Positions 20,914 to 31,772 of a stretch of 64,000 nucleotides of DNA are shown here, one piece after another (the first letter of the stretch is position 1; each line of letters starts with the position of its first letter). Source of the stretch: an uncultured Methanomicrobiales archaeon (GTDB lineage Archaea; Halobacteriota; Methanomicrobia; Methanomicrobiales; Methanospirillaceae); NCBI GenBank assembly GCA_963697895.1, contig OY969100.1, positions 1,856,001 through 1,920,000 on the forward strand. Reading direction: 5' to 3'. The notes under the pieces were generated by a model. It saw only the letters and a list, made by a program, of their open reading frames with translations. It did no database searches and was not told the origin of the DNA. The position numbers and the translations under genes are program-made.

Positions 20914-21708
20914 ATGATGATGGTGAACAAGTACCTCTTAAGGGAGGATGCCCCCCTCGAACCCGAGGCCTGGAGGCTCCTAGATGAGACGATGGTGGAA
21001 GCAGCAAAAACAATCCTCGCCGGCCGGCGTATACTCGAGATCGAGGGCCCCTTCGGTCTCGGGCTCAAGGCAGTGCCGCTACAGGACTGCTGCATGGATA
21101 ATGGATTGATCGCAAGCCCGGTCGTTCCGGTATCCCTTGTCCAGAAGAACTTTATGATGAGCAAACGGGATCTGGCGGCGTACGAGCGTGACCAGCTCCC
21201 CCTCAACCTGGACGGCGTCGCGATGGCGGCGATCGAAACCGCCAAGATCGAAGACAACCTGGTCTTTTTTGGGGTCTCCGGCTGCACCGGTCTCCTCTCT
21301 GAAGAGGACGCAACCGAGCTGAAGCTCTCCTCCTGGAATACCGTCGGCAAGGCGGCCGATGATATCATCAAGGGGATCACCCAGCTCGATGATGCCGGGT
21401 TCCACGGCCCCTATACCCTCGCGCTTTCCCCCGCCCGCTATAACCTCCTCCTGCGCCGTTATCCGCAGGGAACAACGGAATACGAGCATATGCAGACGAT
21501 TGTGACAAAAGGCGTGGTTAAAGCACCGATATTGCCCAAAGGCGGTGTACTACTCGCATCGGGCCGCCAGTTTACCTCGATCGTCATGGGACAGGATATG
21601 TCTGTCGGGTTTATCGGCCCGGCCGGTGCAGACCTGGAATTCTCCGTCTCGGAAAGTCTGGCCCTGATGATCCGTCAGCCAGGTTCCATATGCGCCTTGA
21701 TCGAGTGA
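20914..21708 (+). CDS. Family 1 encapsulin shell protein (linocin M18-like)
   Basis: YLLREDAPL...W..LD, GRRILEIEGPFGLG, A..EDNLVFFG, GPYTLALSP..Y, GQDMSVGF. Confidence 0.9.
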   Translation: MMMVNKYLLREDAPLEPEAWRLLDETMVEAAKTILAGRRILEIEGPFGLGLKAVPLQDCCMDNGLIASPVVPVSLVQKNFMMSKRDLAAYERDQLPLNLDGVAMAAIETAKIEDNLVFFGVSGCTGLLSEEDATELKLSSWNTVGKAADDIIKGITQLDDAGFHGPYTLALSPARYNLLLRRYPQGTTEYEHMQTIVTKGVVKAPILPKGGVLLASGRQFTSIVMGQDMSVGFIGPAGADLEFSVSESLALMIRQPGSICALIE

Positions 21709-21730
21709 ATTATCGAATATCATCTATCCG

Positions 21731-21941
21731 GCCGGGACACTTACCCGGTCATTTTTTTAGCCGGGTTGTCCAGAATGGATCAGCCCGGATATCCCCGGTC
21801 TTTTTGAACAGTTGTCCCGTAGCGTGAAGAAGATCAGCCGGATACCCCCGTTCTTTTTGAACAGGTTGTCCCGGGACATGAAGCACGCCCGGATACATCA
21901 GCCCGGATATCCCCGGTCTTTTTTACCCCGGTCTACCCGGG
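21731..21941. repeat. Four degenerate ~42-bp hairpin-plus-T-tract units between convergent genes
   Basis: GATCAGCCCGGATATCCCCGGTCTTTTTGAACAG(G)TTGTCCCG at 21778 and 21832, variant at 21897, diverged copy at 21731. Confidence 0.8.
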
Positions 21942-21962
21942 ATACAGAACAGCGGAACAGCT

Positions 21963-22661
21963 TCATGGCCGATAGGGTTCCCGTGCCTCTTCTTTATGCA
22001 CCAAGCTTCTCGCAAAACAGGGGTCATCGGAAGCAATTCCATCCACCCCGAAGCGGGCCATCCGATGAATGTCCCCGGCCTGGTTCACGGTCCAGGCAAA
22101 GAGAAGGATCCCCTGCCGATGGGCTTCCCGGACCATGGCCCCGGTCACGAGGTCGAGGCGGGGGAGAATGAGGTCGACTCCCGCCCTGGATGCGAGATCG
22201 ACCGGGTCTGGCATCTTCCGGGAAACGATCAACCCTGTTTTCAGGGTTGAACTATCCCTCACCCGCTCGATAGCGGAAAGATGGTAGGAGACAATAAACA
22301 TATCCTCGACCCCCTTATCGCGGATACGAGCGACGATCTGGTCTTCCGTCCCGGGTTCCTTGATCTCCGCCAACAGGCCGCACCGCCCCCTGACCAGGTC
22401 GAGTACTTCCTGAAACGTCGGTATTTTCTCTCCTTTTCCCGCATCGAGCCTCTTGAGCTCGGTCAATGAGAGTGCACCGACCGGACCTGCACCGTTCGTG
22501 GTCCGGTCAACGGTAGGGTCGTGCATGACAACGAGTTCCCCATCCCTGCTCCGGCGAAGGTCGATCTCCACGAAATCCGCGCAGCGTATCCCTTCTTCCA
22601 GGGCCCGCAGGGTGTTCTCCGGTTGTTGTGCCCTCGCTCCCCGATGTCCGATGATCAGCAT
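21963..22661 (-). CDS. Glycerophosphodiester phosphodiesterase
   Basis: IIGHRGA..PENT, VEIDL..SRDG.LVVMHD, WTVN. Confidence 0.9.
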   Translation of the reverse strand: MLIIGHRGARAQQPENTLRALEEGIRCADFVEIDLRRSRDGELVVMHDPTVDRTTNGAGPVGALSLTELKRLDAGKGEKIPTFQEVLDLVRGRCGLLAEIKEPGTEDQIVARIRDKGVEDMFIVSYHLSAIERVRDSSTLKTGLIVSRKMPDPVDLASRAGVDLILPRLDLVTGAMVREAHRQGILLFAWTVNQAGDIHRMARFGVDGIASDDPCFARSLVHKEEAREPYRP

Positions 22662-22708
22662 CCGGTGGATCTATTCCCGATCTGGATAATAGATTTGGCG
22701 GTTCATTG

Positions 22709-25010
22709 TTACGGGGTATTGTCCACGGGTTCCCGATCTTCAGGCTCGAGGCCAGCCGCCTGGCGAAGGCCGTTCAGGAGGGTAAGCGCGCCCTGCTTGT
22801 CGAGGGGCTGGTTGTCGTTTCCGCATTTTGGAGAGTAGATACAGGAAGGGCACCCTTCCTCGCAGGAACAGTCCTGTACCAGCAGGCAGGTCATGTCCGC
22901 CAGCTCCTCGAAGATGGTATACGCATGCTCCGCGAGGCCGATCCCGCCCTCGAACCCGTCATAGACAAAGACGGTCGGCTCCCCTTGTTCTCCCTGGGAT
23001 GGCACCGAGAGTCCCCCGATGTCCCAGCGGTCACACAGGACATAAAATGGCATCACCGCGATCAACGCATGTTCAACACCGTGAAGACCTCCCCCGAAAT
23101 CCTCTCCTCTGGCCTGTACCGCCGTTTCAAGGTTCTCCGGTATCCCAAACCAGATCGCCTTTGTCGGGAAGGACAAGGGGGGAAGAGAAAGCGGTTCGAT
23201 GGCGATCACGGTATCGTACTGCATGACTTTATAAGCCGTGTAGTGCTCCGTCACCAGCACCTCGCCATAGGAGAGCGGGATGTCACCCAGGAACCGGCGG
23301 GATAGTTCCCTTGTGATCGCCACATCCACCGTTTTTAAGGGTTTTGTATAGTAATCGACATCCGCCGGTTCGACCCGTATCAGGTGGCGGCCGGGGTCCA
23401 TCTCCCTCACCAGATATTTTTCACCCTGGTGGAGCATGATCGCTCCCGGGTGCGCCTCGCGATAAGCCTGGGCCCGGTCCATCGTTTCAAGGAGGCTGCC
23501 CGTCGCAGACGACCGTAAAATGTTCGCTGGAGATCGCTCCGAGCGCGACCAGCTCCGCGGGCCTCCGGGTACCGGAATACAGATAGCCCCGCCGCGTGGG
23601 GCTGATCAGGTGCTGGGCAGCTAATGAGTCTATAAGGGGCGGGAGCTGTTCACCGAAGAATTCGCGATCCCGGTCCGGGATGAGCGGAAGTTCCGATGCC
23701 GCGCACAGGGTCTGGCCGGTGAGGATATATGGGTTATTGAGGTCGATGATCGCATGTTCATGCGGCGCCGAGAAGAATGATCCCGGGTTTTTCATGAAGT
23801 ACTGATCCAGCGGGTTCTGGAACGCCACAAGGATTGCAAGCGATTCGGCAGAGCTCCGCCCCGCTCTTCCGGCCTGTTGCCAGGTGGACATCATCGTTCC
23901 GGGATACCCGGAGAGGATCACCCCGTCGAGTGACCCGATATCGATCCCGAGTTCGAGGGCGTTGGTCGAAACCACGCCCCTGATAACTCCGTTCTTCAGT
24001 TTTCGCTCTATCTCTCTCCGTTCCTCCGGAAGATATCCCGCCCGGTAGGAGGCCACCTGTTCCGGTGATCCCTTCCGTTCCGATAACAGCGCGTCCTTCG
24101 TCCAGAGGGTGATCAGTTCGGTAGTTTTCCGGGCACCGGTGAAACAGAGCGTCTGCAGGCCATATTCCATGCAGGCGACCAGCAATGCACTGCTCTCGCG
24201 GTGTGCGGAACGGGTGGATGTCCCGTCGTGGAATGGATTATAGAGGATAAAACGTTTTTCTCCCCGCGGAGAACCATCGTTCCGTATTACCCTGCAGGGG
24301 GTACCGCAGAGCCGCTCCGCAAATTCCCCCGGGTTTGCCAGGGTTGCCGTCGAGAGAATGAACCGGGGATCGGCTCCGTAATGGCGGCAGATGCGTCGGA
24401 GTCTCCGGATAAGAAGAGCCACGTGTGACCCGTATACGCCCCGGTACCGGTGCGCCTCATCTATAACCACAAACTGGAGGTGAGAGAGGAACCGGCTCCA
24501 CTGATGGTGCCAGGGAAGGATCTGATGGAGTTCATACGGGTTTGTCATTATCAGACGGGACCGTGAACGGATATCGGGACGTCGATCTCTTGGGGTATCG
24601 CCGTCGTAGATGGCCGCGTGCAGGGGTATCCCCGTTCCCCGTTCGATCTCCCGGACCCCGTGCAGCTGATCATGGGTAAGCGCCTTCGTGGGGTAGAGGG
24701 CAAGCGCGGTCGCATCAGGATCCATGAAGGCTTTTTCCATTATGGGAAGTGAAAATGCAAGGCTTTTTCCCGAAGCCGTCGGGGTTGTCAGGATAATGCT
24801 TTCCCTGGCCCGAAGTGCTGCTATAGCTTCGCTCTGGTGGCTGTAGAGGCTTATTCCGCGTGACTCAAGGTACTCGCCGAGAGGGGAGGGCAGTGGGCTT
24901 TCAGGCTGTTCGTATACGGCCGTTTTGGGAGGAAGAATCTCGATATGGGTGATACATCCGGAAAACCGGGGATCATTCCGGAGGTGGGCGATCGTTTCAG
25001 TGACACTCAT
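22709..25010 (-). CDS. DEAH-box helicase with C-terminal DUF1998 (MrfA/YprA/Hrq1-like) (frameshift near 23500)
   Basis: TPTASGKS, DEAHRY, SATLAN, TNALELGIDIG, QQAGRAGR; C-terminal ORF CDRWD...CSCEEGCPSC. Confidence 0.88.
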
Positions 25011-26079
25011 CGGATTCCTCCCGGAGATGGAAGAAAAGGCGTGCGAGGGTCACGATATCCTGACGATTATGCCTGACGATCGGCAACAACGGACCGGGAT
25101 TTCCCGTGGTCAGGTACGTCTGATAGAACTCGGGAACCATGCTGCTCGGGATATCCGGGGTCCGGTCGATACCGAAGATCCTGCGTTCGAGCGTGGTAAG
25201 CCGGCAATCCGGAAAGTGCTGGCGGTACCGGCGGCGGGACGGCGCGAGGAGGTCGTAGTGTGGTGCCGGGACCAGAGAAGACTCCCCGTAAAATGCATAC
25301 CGTTCCTTCAGGTAAGGGAGATCGAACGCCCTGCCGTTGAAGGATACCAGTACCGGATCCTCTCCGAAAAATGCCCGGGTGGCAAGGAGTGCCGGGAGTT
25401 CCTCCTCCATGGAGCGGAGGATATACTGGGAGATCTCGAGGCAGCCGTCAGAGACCCGTGCAAGGCCAAAAAGGATGATCGGACGGGAGAAAAACCCGAG
25501 GGTCTCCAGGTCGATGAATAGGAAGGACGGAACGTCGTGGAGATCGGCGGTGCGAAGCACCAGGGGATGAGAGGGAGGATGTCGTCGCTGAACCAGCCGG
25601 AGTATCTGCTCCGGACCCCCGCTCCGGAGAATCTCCAGGCAATCGGCCGCCGGCCGGGCGAACCTCCGGTGATGAAGGAGCTCTTCTATCCGATGATATC
25701 CCCGTCGTCGGAGAAGGTGAGCGGTGCGAAGACCGATCCCGTGGACGAGGGTAAGATCCTTGTTAAGGCTCTCCACGAAATCCTCTTTCCGGGGAACGGG
25801 GATCTCCATGGGTTCGGTGCTCCGGACGCAGTAACAGGGACCTTCCTCTGTCTCCTGATCGGCTCCGTCCAGCACCTCCTCGAGCGTTTGTCCGTTATGC
25901 CGATCGAGGAGGTCCTGCTTCACCTGTTCTGCCCGGCGGTACTCCGACTCAAAGACGAATGAATCAGAGAAACTCGTGCGGAAGAGCGTATCATTCTTGA
26001 TGAGCGTATAGTCATGGGACTGGTCGAACCGTGTCCGCCATTGCCTGCTGATCGCATCGTAGACCAGGGGTGATGTCAT
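24997..26079 (-). CDS. RNase H-like (YprB/MrfB-type) exonuclease with HhH motif
   Basis: VHGIGLRTA HhH; FIDLETLG, SFNGRAFDLPYL, HYDLL, HNRQDI. Confidence 0.85.
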   Translation of the reverse strand: MTSPLVYDAISRQWRTRFDQSHDYTLIKNDTLFRTSFSDSFVFESEYRRAEQVKQDLLDRHNGQTLEEVLDGADQETEEGPCYCVRSTEPMEIPVPRKEDFVESLNKDLTLVHGIGLRTAHLLRRRGYHRIEELLHHRRFARPAADCLEILRSGGPEQILRLVQRRHPPSHPLVLRTADLHDVPSFLFIDLETLGFFSRPIILFGLARVSDGCLEISQYILRSMEEELPALLATRAFFGEDPVLVSFNGRAFDLPYLKERYAFYGESSLVPAPHYDLLAPSRRRYRQHFPDCRLTTLERRIFGIDRTPDIPSSMVPEFYQTYLTTGNPGPLLPIVRHNRQDIVTLARLFFHLREESDECH

Positions 26080-26387
26080 GGCTCTGCTGACTCTTAGTCA
26101 GGGACCGGACATATTGAGTATGCAGCGCGGAAGGTGAAAGTGATAAAGGTATGATTCTGGCTCACTTTTCAAAATCCACTCCATTAAGAGTGAACTTCGA
26201 TTCCGTGGCAGATGAAATAGGCATTCTTTCCCGTTCACACCCCGCCGTTAGGTTTATTCGTGCAGGGCACATGTGGGTCCATGTCGGTTCTGTCGGAATA
26301 TCCCGGCTGCCAAAGGGATCGGATGATTCATACGAATGGGTATGAACAAATACCGGTTTCCCTGATCTCCGATATGGGTGTTTGAGT

Positions 26388-27954
26388 ATGACTGCTGACA
26401 GGAAGATTACCTATACGACCATCCTCGATGACGAGGAGATCCACCGGAACTACGATGCTGCCATGGCTGATGTCGCGGAAGAGCTCGGAAAAGAACATCC
26501 GTTGTTCATCGGGGGGAAAAAACGAATGGCAGACCGGGAATTCAAGACAAGGTCCCCGATCGACCGGGATATTGTCATTGGCACGTTCCAGAACGGCGGC
26601 AGTAACGAGATTGAAATGGCCATTGCCACCGCAAGGAGAGAATTTCCGGGATGGGAGGCAACGGACTGGCGGGATCGTACCCGGATGATCCGGTCAGCGG
26701 CGGACCTGCTGGAGGGCAGGGTGTTCCGCCTCGCCGCGCTTATCACCTGCGAGACCGGAAAAAATCGTTATGAAGCAATTGCGGAGGTGACCGAGTCGAT
26801 CGATCTGATCCGGTATTACGCGGGTATCTACGAGCAGAATCAGGGATACCGGACAAGGATGGGAACGGATGAGCCGGGGGGAGGCAGTGAGAGCATCCTC
26901 CGGCCCTTCGGGGTATGGGCGGTAATATCCCCGTTTAATTTCCCTCTCGCCCTTGCGGCGGGTATGATCACCGCGGCACTCGTCACTGGTAATACCGTCG
27001 TATTCAAGCCCACCAGCGAAACACCGCTCTCCGGCCTCCGCCTGTACGAGGCGCTGGTTGAAGGGGGAATTCCCCCCGGGGGCCTGAACTTCGTGACCGG
27101 ACCGGGGGAGATCTTCGGCGAGGTTATCACCTCCCATCCGGATGTTGCGGGTATCGCGTTTACGGGTTCCCGTGATGCCGGTATGTGGCTGCAGCGGAAC
27201 CTTGCACTCCGCCAGGCATGGCCAAAACCACTGGTCGCGGAGATGGGGAGCAAGAACCCGGTGATCATTACCGCCCGTGCAGACCTGGGAAAGGCAGTCG
27301 AAGGGGTAACCCGTGCGGCTTTCGGCTTCGGGGGGCAGAAGTGCAGCGCCACCTCCCGGGTCTACGTTCATTCGACGGTCGCACAGCAGTTCATCGATCG
27401 ACTGAAAGAACGGGTGGAGAAGATCGCGGTCGGTGATCCCCGGATAAAGGAAACGTTCCTCGGTCCCCTGATGACCGAGAAGGCACTGAACACGTTCCTG
27501 AACGCGGTGGTGGAGAGCCAGAGAGACGGAGGTATACTGGTAACTGGCGGAAAAGTGATCCCGGGCAGGGCATATGAAAGAGGATATTATGCGGCGCCCA
27601 CGATCGTCTCCGGACTTCCGCGGGATCATCATCTCTGGAGGGATGAGCTCTTCTGCCCGTTCCTCCTCGTCAATACCTTTGAAACCCTTGAAGAGGCCCT
27701 CGATATGGCAAATAATACTGATTTTGGTCTCACATCGGGTATTTTCTCCGAAGATGCCCGCGAAGTCGATTATTTCTTCGAACACATCCATTTCGGCGTG
27801 AGTTATGCAAACAGGGAGGGAGGTGCGACAACGGGCTCCTGGCCGGGGGTACAGTCCTTCACCGGATGGAAGGGGAGCGGTTCGACCGGGAAAGGAGTCT
27901 GGAGGACCCTACTATCTCCTCTCGTTTGTCCGCGAACAGGCACGTACCCGGTGA
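26388..27954 (+). CDS. Aldehyde dehydrogenase, P5C dehydrogenase (RocA-like) (frameshift near 27897)
   Basis: ISPFNFPLA, FTGS, EMGSKN, FGFGGQKCSATSR, ELFCP; corrected end GKGSGGPYYLLSFVREQARTR*. Confidence 0.82.
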
Positions 27955-27971
27955 AGAAAGTGGGTGATCAT

Positions 27972-28740
27972 ATGCGGGTGAAGGGGTTTCTCATCGATAT
28001 CGACGGCGTTCTGACCGTCGGAGGTCGCCCGATCGAGGGTGCGGTCCAGCTGATCGCCGGACTCGGCGTTCACGGAATCCCCTTCCGCTGCATCTCGAAC
28101 GCCACCCGCCGGTCCCGGAAGATGATCGCGGACGAGCTCGGTGAACAGGGTTTTTCGATACCGGCATCGGCACTATTCACCCCCCCTGCGGCAGCGATTG
28201 CGTACATGCGCGAGTCCGGGAAAAACCGGGGCTTCCTTATCAGCACGGGGAATATCGATCCGGAATTCGAGGAGGCCGGGATCATGCTCCTCGATGTCGG
28301 GGTGGATTTTGTGCTCATCGGCGATGCTGGCAGCCGCTTCAGCTGACGAGCTCCTGAACCATGCATTCAGACTGGTGCTCGACGGTGCAGAAATCCTCGC
28401 ATTGGAGCGGGACCGGTACTGGATGGGGGCCGATGGTCTGATGCTTTCAGCCGGGCCGTTCGTTGCGGCGCTTGAATACGCGACCGGGAAGACGGCGCGG
28501 GTGATGGGGAAACCGTCCACCGGATTTTTCTCCATGGCTCTTCACGATATGGGGATGCCGGCCGGAGATGTGGCAATGATCGGGGATGATATCACGACCG
28601 ACATCGGCGGGGCGAAGAGATGTGGAATGCAGGGCATACTCGTCCGGACCGGAAAGTTCCGGCAGGAAACGCTCGATTCGGCTGAAGTGCAGCCGGATGA
28701 GGTGATCGACTCGATCGCCGGGTTGGGGCGTCTTCTCTAA
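27972..28740 (+). CDS. HAD-IIA hydrolase (NagD/LHPP-like) (frameshift near 28345)
   Basis: LIDIDGVL, SNAT, GKPS, MIGDDITTDIGGA, VRTGKF. Confidence 0.85.
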
Positions 28741-28819
28741 ACGCCCGACAGATTAACCTTAAGATCGAAATTACGTGTTGGGAAAATCGGCCTACCGCCG
28801 AAATCGGTACGGGTCCGTT

Positions 28820-29737
28820 TCAGGTATCCATCCGGATCAGGGACGGCAACAGAGTCTCGTCTCCGGGAACTCCGCCGGACTCCGCGATTCGCTCGAGCGA
28901 ACGCATACAGTACGAGAGGGAAGAGTCGATTCCGATGAACCGGCGACCTGACTGCCAGGCGACCAGCGTTGTCGTGCCAACCCCGTTGAACGGGTCGAGG
29001 ATGATATCCCCCAGGTAGGAGAAGAGCTTCATCAGCCTCCTCGGGAGTTCCTCGGGGAACATCGCCGGGTGACCATGATCCTTCATCCGGCGCTCGGGAG
29101 GAATTGTCCACCGCCCGATCACCCATTCCTTGAACTCGGTCTCGGTGATATCGATATCCTCCCGCCGCCCGGCCTTCTTATGGGTCTCCTTGTCAAAGAC
29201 CTCGATGAACTCCCAGGTATACTTCAGGTACGGCATCGAGGGGGACTTCCAGCTCCCCCATGCCGTGTATTTTGCATTGTAATTGTGTTTTTCCCAGAGG
29301 ATCTCCGCTTTCCAGAGGAACCCGGCATTCCGCAGCTGGCCGGAGATTATATGGTGGGTCGGCATATAGTCGGAGAAGAGAGGCTGGACATTCACGGCGA
29401 TACGACCACCCGGACGGAGGACCCGGTAACATTCATCCCAGATCGTCCGGAGTTTCCGGAAGTATTCGTTCCATTCATGGGTATCGTCCTGTTCGTCCTG
29501 TGCATACGCCTGCCCGAAGTTGTACGGCGGGGAGGTGATGATCAGATCGATGCTGTTCTCCGGCAATCCGGCAAGGACGCGTTCGGCATCCCCGCAGATG
29601 ATGGTGTTGACAAATGGTTGTATCTCCGGAGGTTCCTCCGTTCGCACGGAATGTTTCGCCCCGCCGGTACCGTTCCGGACCCGTGCCTTCCCCTTCTTGT
29701 CATGCACCTTCTCTGGGCGAGAACCGGAAAACGCCAT
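28820..29737 (-). CDS. Site-specific amino-DNA methyltransferase (beta class, SPPY)
   Basis: ITSPPYN catalytic motif before DPFNGVGTT SAM motif; HPAMFP; start uncertain. Confidence 0.88.
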   Translation of the reverse strand: MAFSGSRPEKVHDKKGKARVRNGTGGAKHSVRTEEPPEIQPFVNTIICGDAERVLAGLPENSIDLIITSPPYNFGQAYAQDEQDDTHEWNEYFRKLRTIWDECYRVLRPGGRIAVNVQPLFSDYMPTHHIISGQLRNAGFLWKAEILWEKHNYNAKYTAWGSWKSPSMPYLKYTWEFIEVFDKETHKKAGRREDIDITETEFKEWVIGRWTIPPERRMKDHGHPAMFPEELPRRLMKLFSYLGDIILDPFNGVGTTTLVAWQSGRRFIGIDSSLSYCMRSLERIAESGGVPGDETLLPSLIRMDT

Positions 29738-29899
29738 TATTCCACGTATAACATTTTCATGGTATAACCCTTGGCATTTTGAAGGGAATTTCACGGTCTG
29801 CGCTCCCGGTGGGCAGGAAGCGTGGAGGAACTCTGAAACCCGGATGGAACGGTCAAAAGCGTTTAAAGGCACCGGGTCCTATACTGTGCAGGTTTCGTT

Positions 29900-30631
29900 A
29901 TGCTGGATATAGAAGATCTGCATGTCAGCATCGGGGAGAAGGAAGTTCTCCATGATGTCAACCTGGAGATCAAACCCGGGGAGACGCACGTGCTCATGGG
30001 CCCCAACGGATCGGGGAAGAGTACCCTGCTCATGACCATCATGGGATTTGCAAATTACACGGTCACCAATGGAAGGATCCTGTACAAGGGTGAGGATATC
30101 ACCAACCTCCCGATCCATGAACGGGCGAAGCGGGGGATTGGGATGATGTTCCAGCGACCTCCGACGATATCGGGCCTGAAACTGGGGAAGCTCCTGGTGG
30201 CCACGTCGGGGAATAAACCCGAAGAGGTTGCGTCATATGCTCATGAGCTGCATATGGACCGGTTTTTGGAGCGGGACATCAACAAGGGCTTCTCGGGCGG
30301 GGAGATCAAACGGAGTGAAGTGTTGCAGCTGCTGATACAGCGGCCGGACTTCGTGATGCTCGATGAACCGGAGAGCGGGGTGGACCTCGAGAATATATCG
30401 TTGATCGGGAAGGAGATCGGGCAGCTCCTCGAAAAAGACGTGCATCTGATAAACCGGAAAAAGAGCGGGCTGGTCATTACCCATACGGGATATATCCTCG
30501 ACTATCTGGATGCGGACCGGGGCCACGTGATGTGTGACGGTGAGATTAAATGCCACGGAAATCCCCGCGAGATCCTGAAAGAGGTTAAAGCACGCGGGTA
30601 CCGGGAGTGTCTTGAATGCACGCAGATATGA
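29900..30631 (+). CDS. sufC: Fe-S assembly ATPase SufC (SmsC)
   Basis: GPNGSGKSTL, FSGGEIKR, DEPESGVD. Confidence 0.9.
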   Translation: MLDIEDLHVSIGEKEVLHDVNLEIKPGETHVLMGPNGSGKSTLLMTIMGFANYTVTNGRILYKGEDITNLPIHERAKRGIGMMFQRPPTISGLKLGKLLVATSGNKPEEVASYAHELHMDRFLERDINKGFSGGEIKRSEVLQLLIQRPDFVMLDEPESGVDLENISLIGKEIGQLLEKDVHLINRKKSGLVITHTGYILDYLDADRGHVMCDGEIKCHGNPREILKEVKARGYRECLECTQI

Positions 30632-31734
30632 AGAAAAAACCCGATCTATCAGAAGAAGACCGCGAACGGCTGGCCCAGTCGGGGATCGAGCTATCCATGG
30701 CCAACCGGTGCGGGAGTTATCTCCAGATGAACCAGGATGTCGTCCATGCAACGTGCCAGGAAGAGGGTATCGAGGTCATGTCGATCGCCTCAGCCCTGAA
30801 GAAATACGAATGGATAGCAGACTATGCCTGGAATCTGGTCCCCAAGGACAAGGATGAATATACCCGGTATGTTGCCAATGTCGACCAGCCGGTGGGATAC
30901 GTGATCATCGCACGGAAAGGGAGCAATAATATCCTACCCGTCCAGGCATGCCTGTTTCTCGGGCAGGAACAGATACAGCACGTCCACAATATTCTCATTG
31001 CGGAGGAAGGGGCCGAACTCCATATCATATCCGGGTGCGCGAGCGGGCAGCATGTCGGGAAGGGTGGAGCTCATTACGGTATCAGCGAATTTTACGTCGG
31101 GAAGAACGCGAAGATCAGCTTCACCATGATCCATACCTGGGGAGAGGATATTGAGGTGTACCCCCGAAGTGCAGCGAAGGTTGAAGAAAATGGTGTTTTT
31201 CTCTCAAATTATGTCTGCATGAAGCCAGTGCACAAGATCCAGATGTACCCGACCGCACATCTGGTCGGGGAAAATTCCGTCGCACGCTTCAGCAGCGTGG
31301 TGATTGCAACGGAGGGTTCTTCGATGGATCTCGGGTCCCGGGCTATACTGGGGGCCCGAGGGGCAAGCGCGGAACTCATCACGCGAGCGATTACAAAAGG
31401 CGGCACGATCATCTCCCGGGGGCATATCCACGGCAAAGTCGAGGGGACGAAGGGTCATCTCGAATGCAAGGGTCTGATCCTGAAGGACGGGACGATCTAT
31501 GCAATCCCCGAAATAGAAGGATCGGTGGTAGGGACCGAGCTGTCCCACGAGGCGGCGGTCGGTAAGATCGCCCGGGATGAGATCGAATACCTGATGTCGC
31601 GCGGGCTCGACGAGGAGGCAGCGACCGCAACGATTATCAGGGGATTCCTCGATGTCAAGATCGCCGGACTTCCCGATGCGCTCCAGACGCAGATCGATGC
31701 AACGATCGATGTCGCCGAGAAAGCGGGTTTCTGA
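30616..31734 (+). CDS. sufB: Fe-S scaffold SufB/D-family protein (SmsB)
   Basis: HLECKGL, AIPEIE, SHEAAVGKI, YLMSRGL..IIRGFL. Confidence 0.88.
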   Translation: MHADMKKKPDLSEEDRERLAQSGIELSMANRCGSYLQMNQDVVHATCQEEGIEVMSIASALKKYEWIADYAWNLVPKDKDEYTRYVANVDQPVGYVIIARKGSNNILPVQACLFLGQEQIQHVHNILIAEEGAELHIISGCASGQHVGKGGAHYGISEFYVGKNAKISFTMIHTWGEDIEVYPRSAAKVEENGVFLSNYVCMKPVHKIQMYPTAHLVGENSVARFSSVVIATEGSSMDLGSRAILGARGASAELITRAITKGGTIISRGHIHGKVEGTKGHLECKGLILKDGTIYAIPEIEGSVVGTELSHEAAVGKIARDEIEYLMSRGLDEEAATATIIRGFLDVKIAGLPDALQTQIDATIDVAEKAGF

Positions 31735-31772
31735 CGGTGCCCCGGGTATCCCGGTGGCTGGAGGGCGAAACA

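Noticed and set aside
26382-28346. ALDH-HAD fusion protein (654 aa)
   Set aside because: Artefact of one extra base near 27897; the corrected ALDH stops at 27954 and HAD has its own SD-like GGTGA and ATG at 27972.
28344-28346. Selenocysteine or readthrough TGA in the HAD gene
   Set aside because: Homology continues in a different frame; removing one G restores a TAC codon.
22709-29737. DISARM-like defence system (DUF1998 helicase plus MTase)
   Set aside because: The MTase is separated by unrelated metabolic genes, and no PLD (DrmC), SNF2 or other defence components are present.
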